A stretch of DNA of 61,718 nt, filler included, from Bacteriovoracaceae bacterium (GTDB taxonomy: Bacteria; Bdellovibrionota; Bacteriovoracia; Bacteriovoracales; Bacteriovoracaceae): the NCBI GenBank assembly GCA_018649885.1. It is 4 parts of 4 records of this genome, joined end to end, with 100 filler letters (N's around TTAATTAATTAA, not from the genome) between each part and the next. Parts side by side here need not be neighbours in the genome. Positions count along the whole stretch, not along the records: positions 1 to 26,838 come from JABIHA010000102.1; 3 more parts are not named here. One strand, written 5' to 3'. The translations under genes and the position numbers were made by a program. Of this stretch, positions 9,576 through 19,444 are shown one piece after another (position 1 is the first letter of the stretch; each line of letters begins with the position of its first letter). The notes below the pieces were generated by a model, which was given only the letters and a program-made list of their open reading frames with translations, did not search any database and was not told the DNA's origin.

Positions 9576-10842
9576 ACTCATTGAGAAATACCATAGGTTA
9601 GGTCCAAGGTATTTTACTTATCCATCACCTCGCTTTTGGCAAAAGAGTGAAAAAGAGCAATCTAAGTTCATCAAAAATGATGGTGGTAATCTCTCGGTAT
9701 ATATTCATATTCCATTTTGTGAATCATTTTGCAGTTACTGCGGATGCAATATAAAAGTCACAAAAGATCACTCTAATGAAAAAAAGATATTGAAAGAAAT
9801 TAAAAGTGAGTTATTGCAATATTCGAACTCCCTACACGGAAACACCTTGGGTGAGCTCTACCTAGGTGGAGGAACCCCCACTTTTTTATCTCCTGAAAAC
9901 CTTAAAACCCTTATTGGTCAAATTTTTGATTTTTTTCCGAAGTCTTCTGATTTTGTAGGTACTATTGAGGTGGATCCACGAGTAACAACGACTGGGCACT
10001 TAGATGTCTTAAAAGAATGTGGCTTTTCGAAGTTACAAATAGGTGTACAAGATACTGACTCAAAAACACTAAAAAGTGTGAATCGCTTCATTGAAAAAGA
10101 TCAGCTTTTTCGGTTTATGGGAGAGGCCCATGCTCGTTTTAACCATATTGGGATTGATCTTATCTATGGACTGCCCAATCAAACTCTTGAAGGCCTTGCT
10201 GCCACAGCAAATGATCTCAAAACTATTAATGCCGATTCAGTCTCCGTTTATCCCCTGGCCCATGTTCCTTGGCTCAAGGGACAAGGCGGATGTGAAACTC
10301 CAAATGCTATAGATAAAACGATTCTTGGAGCTTTTCTATCCAACACACTTTTTGAAAACAATTATTCAGAACTGGGAATGGGCCATTTCTCAAAAAATGA
10401 TGGTGAACTTTTCTCCCTGCTAAAAGAAGGGAAGCTGCAAAAAAATATCATGGGCTATACAAAGGCAATGACGACGGCCACTCTTGGTCTTGGAGTCGGA
10501 TCTATTTCAGAATACCAGGGTGCATACTTTCAAAATGATCGAGTCTTAGAAAAATACCGCCACCTTTTAAAAAATGGGAAACCTCTAGCGAGATCCCATA
10601 TTCTTACTCCAATGGACAAAGAGATTAAAAATGCCATGGGTAAAATCATGTGCGGCAATAGAATTGAGTTTAGTGATTTGAAAGCTATTTTTAATGAAAC
10701 CCCGCAAGACCAAATAAGTGAAATATACCGTGGTTTTATTGAAGACAAAATACTCACTACTGTCGGGGAAGGTTATACCATTACTAAGCTTGGAAGATCT
10801 TTTTTGAAGCCCCTATGCCTAACTCTAGATGGCCACCTCTAA
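9556..10842 (+). CDS. hemN: Oxygen-independent coproporphyrinogen III oxidase (radical SAM)
   Basis: GPRYFTYP, YIHIPFCESFCSYCGC, GGGTPT, DLIYGLP. Confidence 0.85.
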   Translation: MTTLDTKLIEKYHRLGPRYFTYPSPRFWQKSEKEQSKFIKNDGGNLSVYIHIPFCESFCSYCGCNIKVTKDHSNEKKILKEIKSELLQYSNSLHGNTLGELYLGGGTPTFLSPENLKTLIGQIFDFFPKSSDFVGTIEVDPRVTTTGHLDVLKECGFSKLQIGVQDTDSKTLKSVNRFIEKDQLFRFMGEAHARFNHIGIDLIYGLPNQTLEGLAATANDLKTINADSVSVYPLAHVPWLKGQGGCETPNAIDKTILGAFLSNTLFENNYSELGMGHFSKNDGELFSLLKEGKLQKNIMGYTKAMTTATLGLGVGSISEYQGAYFQNDRVLEKYRHLLKNGKPLARSHILTPMDKEIKNAMGKIMCGNRIEFSDLKAIFNETPQDQISEIYRGFIEDKILTTVGEGYTITKLGRSFLKPLCLTLDGHL

Positions 10843-11942
10843 GACTTATTTATATCTGAGAAAAAACTCTGTCGTAGACCATTTTCTACCAATCGAGCTG
10901 TATTTTGTGAGGCGATCCCAGTAGAGACCAGCTTGCCTCCTTGTCTATGAGCAATATTTTGCATAAGCACCCGCTCTTCTTCCATACCTGTGACTTCAGA
11001 TATTTTTTCCACTACCCTTTCGCCATCTGGAGTTCGCCCCAATTGAATCACGATATCTACAGCATTAGAGATTTGCTCCCTAATGGCCTTAATAGGAATG
11101 TCAAAACCACTTAAGTGATATAGAACCTCAATTCTCTGTAAACAATCTCCTGTGGAATTAGCGTGGAGGGATCCCATTGAACCTGAGTGACCAGTATTCA
11201 TCGCCATTAGAAAATCAAATGCCTCAGCTCCCCTAACCTCTCCTATAATAATTCGATCAGGTCTCATTCTAAGTGAGTTTTTAACCAAATCTCTCACTGA
11301 AATTTTGGCACTTTCACTAGCCAGGTAATTTGCAGATGTCTCTAGACGAACTACATTAGGTTTATCTATTTCGAGTTCTAATGTATCTTCAATACAAATG
11401 ACCCTTTCATCTTGAGAAACTTCACCTAAAAGTAGATTCAAGAAAGTTGTTTTACCAACAGCAGTCCCACCAGAGACTATAATATTGAGCCTTGATTTTA
11501 CACAAGCTTTTAAAAAGCTGATCCAATCCTTTGATAGAGAAAAGAGATCAGGGTTTTGATCAAAGCTAATTCCTTTGAGTTCATATTTCCTAATAGTGAT
11601 GGCAGGGAATCCCCTAACATAAGGAGGCATTATAATATTGATTCGATTTCCATCGGGCAAAAGCCCATCTAGAATTGGATATTTAGATCCAAGGTTTTGA
11701 TTATTGTATTCGGCCACAGACTCAATGAATTCAAGGATTTCACGTCTATCGATTTTCGCCTTGAGGAAAATGAGTTTTCCTTTTCTTTCAACAAAAATTT
11801 TATCAGGCCCATTAATGACAATCTCTGTGACACCTTTTTTCGATGCCATTTCAGCCAAAAGCTTGCAAACACCATTACTTTTTTTAAAAATGGCCTTAGC
11901 TTTGCTTAGATCCTCATTTAATAATTCTACTCTTTTCCCCAC
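10839..11942 (-). CDS. cpaF: CpaF/TadA-family secretion ATPase
   Basis: SGGTAVGKTT Walker A, IED..EL, LRMRPDRIIIGEVRG, AMNTGH. Confidence 0.88.
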   Translation of the reverse strand: MGKRVELLNEDLSKAKAIFKKSNGVCKLLAEMASKKGVTEIVINGPDKIFVERKGKLIFLKAKIDRREILEFIESVAEYNNQNLGSKYPILDGLLPDGNRINIIMPPYVRGFPAITIRKYELKGISFDQNPDLFSLSKDWISFLKACVKSRLNIIVSGGTAVGKTTFLNLLLGEVSQDERVICIEDTLELEIDKPNVVRLETSANYLASESAKISVRDLVKNSLRMRPDRIIIGEVRGAEAFDFLMAMNTGHSGSMGSLHANSTGDCLQRIEVLYHLSGFDIPIKAIREQISNAVDIVIQLGRTPDGERVVEKISEVTGMEEERVLMQNIAHRQGGKLVSTGIASQNTARLVENGLRQSFFSDINKS

Positions 11943-12637
11943 AGTAACTCGCTCGTGAAAATCTCTATTTCATTAATTGAATATCCATACCGTAAAAAAT
12001 TCTTGGTAAATAACAATCCCTCTTCTTTTGAAAGGTTTTGTAAAATACTATCAAAATCCGCGTCTTCTGAATTCAACATTTCAGTCAATTTATCAAAACC
12101 TAAAATATCAGAAAGCTGCCATATGAGTATTAGAAGTATGTCCACTCTATAGGCCTTAGCATTTCCCAGTGATAGGAGTTTAAAAACTTCTTCTGGTGTT
12201 CTAAAGCTGGCATAACTATGATCCTTGGAACCATAAACGATGCGCACCATTTTTTGGTAGAGGCCCACTAGAAAAGATCTGGAATGACCTGAAACTGTTA
12301 AGTCCTCTAGCTCCATTTCAAAATCTAAAATATCTCGAACATAATCAATTTGAGATTCTCTTGGAAAGTCATTGTGATAGAGGCGATAAATATAAAGAGA
12401 AGTCAGCCGGTTTCTAAAATTTTTCCACCCTAGGTTTCTCAAAATCTGGTCTATGCTTCCAGTGGCAGAGTACTTGTGAAAACTCTTTTGAATTAAATAT
12501 CTAAAAGTTGGTTTGGAAATAATGTATTCAGCTAGCTCTTGAGTGGATTCAACTGTGCTGTGGATGGGAAGTTTTAAAAGCCCCACGAGCTCAATGGGCA
12601 TCGCAACTGAGGGTAGGGTCAATGATCGCAAGGCCAC
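11927..12637 (-). CDS. Hypothetical protein
   Basis: 236 aa ORF overlapping cpaF start, probable operon. Confidence 0.65.
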   Translation of the reverse strand: MALRSLTLPSVAMPIELVGLLKLPIHSTVESTQELAEYIISKPTFRYLIQKSFHKYSATGSIDQILRNLGWKNFRNRLTSLYIYRLYHNDFPRESQIDYVRDILDFEMELEDLTVSGHSRSFLVGLYQKMVRIVYGSKDHSYASFRTPEEVFKLLSLGNAKAYRVDILLILIWQLSDILGFDKLTEMLNSEDADFDSILQNLSKEEGLLFTKNFLRYGYSINEIEIFTSELLWGKE

Positions 12638-12878
12638 TCCTTTTAGTATAAGTACTTAAAATTATATTCTTTATGGGGAAGTATTCTAAGTCGGTAATTT
12701 TGTTCAAAGCCAGATTAAATACCTTTTTTCAGGTACTTATGTTGTTCATAAAGTTGACAGTTTTTATATATATTACATAAGACGGCTATTTTCTCCTGAA
12801 TGAGAGGAAATGAGATAGGGTTGGATAGCTTAGAACGCAGTCCTAGACTGGGTTGTCCCCATTTAAGTGGAGGTTAAT

Positions 12879-12971
12879 ATGATAATGGAAGTTAGTATGA
12901 TAGCGAAAGCTGCTCTATTTGCCTTTGTCATGTCTGTTTTTGCACAACTCACAAGCGGTATTTGGCTGTAA
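12879..12971 (+). CDS. Candidate 30-aa hydrophobic peptide (not in ORF track)
   Basis: GGAGG RBS 5 nt upstream of ATG; MIMEVSMIAKAALFAFVMSVFAQLTSGIWL. Confidence 0.45.
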   Translation: MIMEVSMIAKAALFAFVMSVFAQLTSGIWL

Positions 12972-13020
12972 AAATGCAGAAGACTCACAAGTCCCCTGCA
13001 CCAGCTCATTTGAATTAGTT

Positions 13021-13650
13021 TTAGTAAGGCCAGCGCGCTTTCACAGCACAAGATTCGGCAACATCCAGTAGATTATCTAGTTTTTTACAATAAAAGTGAC
13101 CCAGTTTCTTGCAGGCATCCTCTATACATCTTGAACCTCTATTATATGCACAAGATTTGGCAACTTCAGCTAACTTTGCTGAATCTCTACAAGTACTCAT
13201 TGGTGCTTTTTTACAGACGGCCTTAATACAATGACCGCCATCGTTAAATTGGCAGGCCTTAGCAAATGAGATGATATTCTTTCTTTCGTTGCAAAAAGAA
13301 AATGAAACTCTTGAACACATATCTTCAACACATGTAGAGCTAAGGTTTTCTTTACAGGCAGCTGCATACTCAGAAACCATATCTGGCTTAAGACAAGTCC
13401 TCATAGGACCCTCTTTACAAAGATATCTCACACACCACTTATCCCAATTATCACTGCAAGATGTTTGAATTTTTTTATAGACCTTTGGATCTTTACACTT
13501 ACCCCAGGTTTGTTTACAGGACTCTTCAACACAGGCGCGAGCATCCTTTCTATATCTTGGAAAGGGAGCTGGGTAATCACGCCAATCAGTGGCAAAAAGA
13601 GAAGTTGTCATAGAAAAAATGAAAATAGAGATGATGCTCAATTTGAACAT
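13021..13650 (-). CDS. Secreted cysteine-repeat protein
   Basis: Signal peptide; five repeats of about 34 aa with pattern C-x4-C-x6/7-C-x12-C; GGAGG RBS. Confidence 0.8.
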   Translation of the reverse strand: MFKLSIISIFIFSMTTSLFATDWRDYPAPFPRYRKDARACVEESCKQTWGKCKDPKVYKKIQTSCSDNWDKWCVRYLCKEGPMRTCLKPDMVSEYAAACKENLSSTCVEDMCSRVSFSFCNERKNIISFAKACQFNDGGHCIKAVCKKAPMSTCRDSAKLAEVAKSCAYNRGSRCIEDACKKLGHFYCKKLDNLLDVAESCAVKARWPY

Positions 13651-13773
13651 ATTTGGCCTCCTAGTTTTTTGGCTTGTCTTTAAGATTTACAAGTTATGCA
13701 TGGTCTTGGCAAAGAAGCGATGCGCCATATCACCAACGATGAAAGAGCAACGCAACAATTAAGGCCTAGTCAT

Positions 13774-14562
13774 CTAGTTAAATAAGTCGATTATCTTACC
13801 TATTGCCCCGAGATCTGAGCCCTCACCTACTTTGTTTTTCCCCACGTGACTAGCGCTGATAACTCTATCTGCAAGTCTCGAAAAAGGAAGCGATTGAAGC
13901 CATACGTAGCCATGACCTGATAATTTGGCCAGGAATAGACCCTCTCCCCCGAATATCATGGTTTTGAGCCCTCCGGCCCTCTCTATGCTGTATTCTACAC
14001 CCTTGGTGAATGCAACAAGACAGCCGGTATCCACATAGAGAGTATTACCCTCTAGTTTCTTCAGATGAACAGTTCCAGAGGCGTGAACAAAGGCCTTTCC
14101 ATCACCTTCTAATTTTTGCAAGATGAATCCCTCGCCACCGAAAAGCCCGGCCCCGAATCTTTTAGCCAGTGCGATAGAGACCTTAGTTCCATAGGCCGCA
14201 CATAAAAAGGAGCTCTTTTGACAGGTGACCTCACCTTTTAGCTTTTCTAAATCCATAGGAATAATTTTACCTGGGTAAGGAGCTGCAAATCCAACGTGAG
14301 ACTTCCCTTCCTTTGTGGCAGTAAAATGAGTTAGGAAAATTGACTCTTTAGTTAAAATTCGTTTTCCAATGTTAACAAAGGCGTCGAAGACTCCAGCGTC
14401 AGGATTAGAGCCGTCTCCCATTTTTGCCTCAAAACTGACACCTTCTTCCATATACATCATTGATCCAGCTTCACCCACTATGGTTTCGCCTGGGTCTAGT
14501 TCAACTTCAACAAACTGGAGATCATCTCCATAAATTTTATAGTCAATTACATGTGAGGCCAT
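13774..14562 (-). CDS. TIGR00266/AIM24 family protein
   Basis: [49 protein letters not shown]; start at MASHV after AGGAG RBS. Confidence 0.88.
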   Translation of the reverse strand: MASHVIDYKIYGDDLQFVEVELDPGETIVGEAGSMMYMEEGVSFEAKMGDGSNPDAGVFDAFVNIGKRILTKESIFLTHFTATKEGKSHVGFAAPYPGKIIPMDLEKLKGEVTCQKSSFLCAAYGTKVSIALAKRFGAGLFGGEGFILQKLEGDGKAFVHASGTVHLKKLEGNTLYVDTGCLVAFTKGVEYSIERAGGLKTMIFGGEGLFLAKLSGHGYVWLQSLPFSRLADRVISASHVGKNKVGEGSDLGAIGKIIDLFN

Positions 14563-14851
14563 AGAAAACTCCTTTTTAGTGGAGTTAATGATATTCACTT
14601 AAACCAGAAATGAAAACGAAGAAAAGTGGCAAGCAGCCTTTGAGGTCGCGATGTGTCCCAGAATTGTATTATTACTACTTTAGATCAATATCATTAACAA
14701 TATCTCCCATGAAAATCTCAATTCGAGGGTTACTATAGTGATAGATAGAAATAAATGCATTTAAGAAATTTGCTAAAATGAGAATAGTTTTTAATTTGAG
14801 AATAGTTCTTAATTTGAGTAAGCCTCTTTTAGTTTCAACAAGGAGACAATA

Positions 14852-15172
14852 ATGATTCAAAAGATTTCCATATTTTTCGCTATTTCACTATCATTTTTGG
14901 TTCTTAACAGCACATTTGCAGCCGTCAAATTGGATGGCAATTTTGATGGAGGGTGTGGTTCAGGCAAAATAATTCGAACTCGTTTTCAATCACAGAGAGT
15001 TCTAGTTGAAATTGAAAGCAACCCATACTTTCCTGAAAGCATATGCATAGTACATTTTACTGTTGAAGATAAGGCCATGGGAGCATCTCTTATTTCTGCT
15101 CACGGAAAAGTATTTAAAATTCTTGAAAGCAAAGGTGGTATGATTAATTCATTTGAAATCCAACAAAATTAA
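14852..15172 (+). CDS. Small secreted hypothetical protein
   Basis: AGGAG RBS, signal peptide ending TFA. Confidence 0.7.
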   Translation: MIQKISIFFAISLSFLVLNSTFAAVKLDGNFDGGCGSGKIIRTRFQSQRVLVEIESNPYFPESICIVHFTVEDKAMGASLISAHGKVFKILESKGGMINSFEIQQN

Positions 15173-15200
15173 AAAAGGCCTGGAGCTACCGAGCCTTTTT
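15171..15200. terminator. Probable bidirectional terminator
   Basis: aaaaaaggc...gcctttttt imperfect stem between convergent genes. Confidence 0.55.
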
Positions 15201-15226
15201 ATCGGATTTTAATTTATTAATTTTTA

Positions 15227-17047
15227 TTAATCGAGAGCGATTTTTCCCATTCCCTCTTGTCTGGTTCCATCAACTCGGTAGTGAAAGGCCTTGCCGTGAA
15301 GTTTTCTTACTCCACCAAAAACTGCAACATTGAGTTCAAACTCCATTCTTGCTCCAGTTCTTTCTCCTGCTAAATTTTTCAGCAAAACTTTAAACTTTAG
15401 AGAGTTACCATCAAAGTCCACATCGTAGACATCTCCAGCGGCAACAGAGTAATCAAACTCAACTCTTCCAAATTCATTGTCAGCAGGCTTCCATACAGTA
15501 TTTTGCATCATACATAAGTTAATAATGGCCTTTCCAGAAGTATTAAATTCAGTGAAATCAAATGTAGAGTTTCCTGAAGAGCATAAGTAGAGATTGTCTT
15601 CATTTTCTAATTTTCCAGCTCTTAAACGAGCAGAGTTTTTACGGAGCCAATCATCACCATTTTCCACAGTTTTATCGGCAACCTTCTCTCTATCAACCTT
15701 GGATTGGCACTGATCAGCTATAGATTTCTTAGAATCCTTAAAGTGCTCATTCATTGGGTTTTCAATGTCAGTATCACTCTCATCAGCTAATTCACAAAGC
15801 TTTAGATTGCTATTAATGGGAAGAGATTCGAGTTGCTCTGACCATCTACTATATTTTTCACAAAATACACCATCTTCATCAAAACGATCGTAGGTATCAT
15901 CGACTTCAATACTACAAAAATGAATTTGCATATTGTCTCTCTCACCACTATCTCTTTTTACTTTGTCCGCCTCTAAGTTTCCATATTTTGAAGAAGCTCT
16001 CTCAAACGGTAAGTACTTTCTCTGAACTGATTTTAAACTACTTGTCACTTTTTTCACTTTAGACCAAGAAGCTGCGTACTCACCTTTCACATCGGTATCT
16101 GCACATCGGTATCTATAAGTTAATCCGAGTGTTGACTCAAGGCCTTTAACAAATTGGTCTTTTACAGCAAATTCACTTCTCTTACATTTATACTGAACAG
16201 CTGTGGCCGGTACCACATCGCCCATGGCAGTTTTAAGGGCCAGGTCAGCTGCTATGATTTTATCTTTCTTAGCGGCAAGTGCTGTTTCATACTTTGTCTT
16301 AAGTGTATCAATTTTTAGTTTTAATAATTCGATACCTTTTTGAAGTCTTTTATCGTGAAAAGTATTTGTCCCAAAAGTTTTTTGCTCACTAGTCATTTTT
16401 TCAGAAACAGTCTTGTTAAATCCTCTTTGTGATTTTAAAAGCTGTCTTTCAATATAAAATCTCTCAGCATAGAGTTTATCCTGTTCATAGCCTAAAAGAC
16501 CAAGCCTTGAATTCATATAAGACAGTCTGTCTTTGTACGAACCCATGGTACATCCATTGCCTTCGTATTTGGTAATAAATGTTTGATAGGCAACTGAGTT
16601 CGTAAGTGCACCCTTTGCCAAAAGGTAGAGCTCTCTTTCACTACTTCGCTCTGGAGCCGAAAGACTTACACCGTATAACTCACCTACAAGTTCCTTTTCA
16701 GCTTTTGAAGCATCTGAATTAACCCCAACTGAGTCAAGTCCTTTCAATGCCCAGTACTTTGCGGAGGTCTGCCAACTTTTGTGTGCCCGTTGTAATGCAC
16801 CTGAGCTCAAGTCACTCTTACAACTTTCAGGCATCCAAGGTAGGTCCTGATCATAGAAGAACACTAAGAACTTTGCTCTTTCGTTGAACGCAGTCGATAG
16901 AGAACTTATTGTCTTTGTCGGATCTAGCGGATTATGTGAAACTACTGACTCATCAGCATTTTTTCCAATTGGATTTGCACATGACACTAAAAAACTAAGT
17001 GATAAAAGTGCTGTCAAATTTAATAACTTTTTCATTTTAATCTCCAT
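15227..17047 (-). CDS. Hypothetical lipoprotein
   Basis: MKKLL...FLVSC lipobox; 606 aa. Confidence 0.75.
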   Translation of the reverse strand: MEIKMKKLLNLTALLSLSFLVSCANPIGKNADESVVSHNPLDPTKTISSLSTAFNERAKFLVFFYDQDLPWMPESCKSDLSSGALQRAHKSWQTSAKYWALKGLDSVGVNSDASKAEKELVGELYGVSLSAPERSSERELYLLAKGALTNSVAYQTFITKYEGNGCTMGSYKDRLSYMNSRLGLLGYEQDKLYAERFYIERQLLKSQRGFNKTVSEKMTSEQKTFGTNTFHDKRLQKGIELLKLKIDTLKTKYETALAAKKDKIIAADLALKTAMGDVVPATAVQYKCKRSEFAVKDQFVKGLESTLGLTYRYRCADTDVKGEYAASWSKVKKVTSSLKSVQRKYLPFERASSKYGNLEADKVKRDSGERDNMQIHFCSIEVDDTYDRFDEDGVFCEKYSRWSEQLESLPINSNLKLCELADESDTDIENPMNEHFKDSKKSIADQCQSKVDREKVADKTVENGDDWLRKNSARLRAGKLENEDNLYLCSSGNSTFDFTEFNTSGKAIINLCMMQNTVWKPADNEFGRVEFDYSVAAGDVYDVDFDGNSLKFKVLLKNLAGERTGARMEFELNVAVFGGVRKLHGKAFHYRVDGTRQEGMGKIALD

Positions 17048-17055
17048 CCCTTACT

Positions 17056-18342
17056 TTAGAAGAATAATACTAATTCACCCTGAGCAACACCTGCATCACT
17101 AACACTTTTGCCATTCACTGGAAGTGCATAGGTTAGATTCGCCTGTAGAGGGACTTTAAATTTCTTTTGCTTAAATAATGGAATTGTAGAAAAACCAGCT
17201 CCCATAGTTACAGCGTGCATTTTCTGTCTGGAGTTTTTTCCCATATAGTAATACCGCGCATCACTATAAAGTGAGCCTTCATATTTGTCTCTTTCCTTGT
17301 ACTGAAATGTATAGGCCGAAAGAATGTGAAATCCAGTAAAGAATTCAAACTTCCCCCCTACTTGAGTCATGAATTGATCTCCAAGGTCTCTTTGTACCAT
17401 ATCTTTATCCGGAGATAGTGAAGAATAGGAATTTCGTGGAACTCTCATTAAAGAGCGATCCTTAAACTCTCCACCAACACCTAATCTATAAGGCGTTTGC
17501 CAAATATAATTAACAGCGCCACTAAAAGTAAAATCAGAGAGTTTATACTCAGCAATTACACCAAGACCAATATCCCACTGTCCGTCCCCTGCTGGGATAT
17601 CAACAACCTCGTCAATATTTTTTTCTTTTCCAGTAGGTAAGACAATATCATTTCGAAGTGTCATGGTAAGAGCACTTCTTTTCAACAATTGATGCTTGTT
17701 AACAAGTTTTATATCGCCAAGTTTGGTTTCTGTTCTATTTGTTATTGGATTGTAACCGTACTCTGCAGCCTTTTCGGCAATTGGATTCGACGTTTTCCTC
17801 ATAAAGGTTTCGTAATCCTCTACAGTACCTTGGGCCCTTACAGCATCTTGTAACTTTTTAAGAGCATCCCCAGCTTCAACACCGGTGGCAACCTTTTGGT
17901 CAACTCTTGTCACGGGCACAGCGATTGCTGCCGTCCACTTCTTGCTCATACCATAAGCAAAAACAGGAACTGTAACAGATGCCCCTACGTTGACCATTCC
18001 TGTTGAGTTTCCCAGTGAATCGGAGTGCCCAATTCCCTCTAAGGTAGCAATGGTCATGGTCTTTGATGCTTTCACATCATCTGTTTCCCCTTCATATATT
18101 CTTTCAACTGTAATGACGCTATTCATGTCATTACCTATGGGTACGGAGTTCCCATCATTATCAAATTTATCACCAATTTTGGTGCCAACGCCTTTGACTC
18201 GAACATTTCTTATTCCTTTAGGAAGAACTGCTGCTGATTCCATATCAATGGGTGCAGTCAAATTTCCGGCCAATATGGAGCTAGACAGAATTAGAGAAAT
18301 TCCAATACTTGAAGTTTTTAGGCGAGATAAATACCAACTCAT
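17056..18342 (-). CDS. Putative outer-membrane beta-barrel protein
   Basis: Signal peptide; LGDI, LPTG, GDGQWD motifs resembling MetA-pathway/transporter barrels; alternating strands; terminal Phe. Confidence 0.6.
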   Translation of the reverse strand: MSWYLSRLKTSSIGISLILSSSILAGNLTAPIDMESAAVLPKGIRNVRVKGVGTKIGDKFDNDGNSVPIGNDMNSVITVERIYEGETDDVKASKTMTIATLEGIGHSDSLGNSTGMVNVGASVTVPVFAYGMSKKWTAAIAVPVTRVDQKVATGVEAGDALKKLQDAVRAQGTVEDYETFMRKTSNPIAEKAAEYGYNPITNRTETKLGDIKLVNKHQLLKRSALTMTLRNDIVLPTGKEKNIDEVVDIPAGDGQWDIGLGVIAEYKLSDFTFSGAVNYIWQTPYRLGVGGEFKDRSLMRVPRNSYSSLSPDKDMVQRDLGDQFMTQVGGKFEFFTGFHILSAYTFQYKERDKYEGSLYSDARYYYMGKNSRQKMHAVTMGAGFSTIPLFKQKKFKVPLQANLTYALPVNGKSVSDAGVAQGELVLFF

Positions 18343-18573
18343 ACCTTTTCCTTTTATGGTTTATGTTTACTTAAAGTGATGTTCACAAAATTTGATGGGC
18401 AGTGTAGTCACATGCAAATAAGGTGGCAATCCTTTTTACTATCAGTGGGGCTATCATAGCCACTTTGATCTGAGACCAAATCGTGTAATTTTTTTGTAGT
18501 AAAACAGTTCTTAACGCTACGCGCGCTATCGTAAGGTACCGATTCTTTCCCCTCCGCACAGAAAACTAAAATT

Positions 18574-19083
18574 TTGATTAAAATAGAGAATATGAAAGTA
18601 CCTGTCTATCACGAAATTAAAATGGAAAATAAACCAATAGAGGAAATCGAGAAACTCATCAAGCTCTCGCCCGTTGGAAGCTCCCCTGTCTATATCAGTT
18701 TTCGAGATGCCGATGATCCTGAAGATGTAAGAAGGGCCGTAAGTAAAATCTCCTTAACCATAACCTCCATGGGAGTAAACCCTAGATTCCCCAATCCTAT
18801 TTATGTGGTCTATAATGGTGATTATAAAAAGGGTGAATTGCCACATATTCGTCACGTTAATGAACTACCCAAATTCTTCTTTTCAAAAACCAAAGAGGTT
18901 ACCTCAAAAGAAATGCATTTTATCAAAAAAATTCAGCTCAATGTTGAGAAAATGAGTGGTTCCCTCATTAGGAAACAACTTGGTATTTTAAATAAGAAAA
19001 GTGAGGCCAACAAGGAGCTCTTTTTATTAACTAGAGAAACTCATTATTATCAAACTCTTTTAAAATTGCTGGAAGAAAAATGA
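18574..19083 (+). CDS. Hypothetical protein
   Basis: 169 aa ORF overlapping next gene by 4 nt. Confidence 0.6.
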   Translation: MIKIENMKVPVYHEIKMENKPIEEIEKLIKLSPVGSSPVYISFRDADDPEDVRRAVSKISLTITSMGVNPRFPNPIYVVYNGDYKKGELPHIRHVNELPKFFFSKTKEVTSKEMHFIKKIQLNVEKMSGSLIRKQLGILNKKSEANKELFLLTRETHYYQTLLKLLEEK

Positions 19084-19436
19084 CCAAGAAAAAACAAAAG
19101 AAAAAAGAAATTAAAGGTTTTGAGGATTTTATAGATCACTTTGGTATTAATCTAAGCCCAGAGAGTGTGGCAGTTAAACAAAAATTTGTATCAGACTTTG
19201 AATTACACGATAAATTAGAATATGAGCTCATAAGACAAGAAAAGCTCGCTGCCTTTTTCACTGAGAAACTATCCCATATAGAAAGTTTTTCGCCCACAGG
19301 AAATCTCATCATCAAACAAAGGGAAAATAAAGATTTGGAGCTTGATAGGTTGGCCTATAAACTAATGAAAGAGGGCTCACCATTTCTGGCCCATATTAAG
19401 AAGATATTTCTCGAAACCTTTTCGGGTAAGAACTAG
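19080..19436 (+). CDS. Hypothetical protein
   Basis: 118 aa ORF, ATGA overlap. Confidence 0.6.
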   Translation: MTKKKQKKKEIKGFEDFIDHFGINLSPESVAVKQKFVSDFELHDKLEYELIRQEKLAAFFTEKLSHIESFSPTGNLIIKQRENKDLELDRLAYKLMKEGSPFLAHIKKIFLETFSGKN

Positions 19437-19444
19437 TTTAAAAC

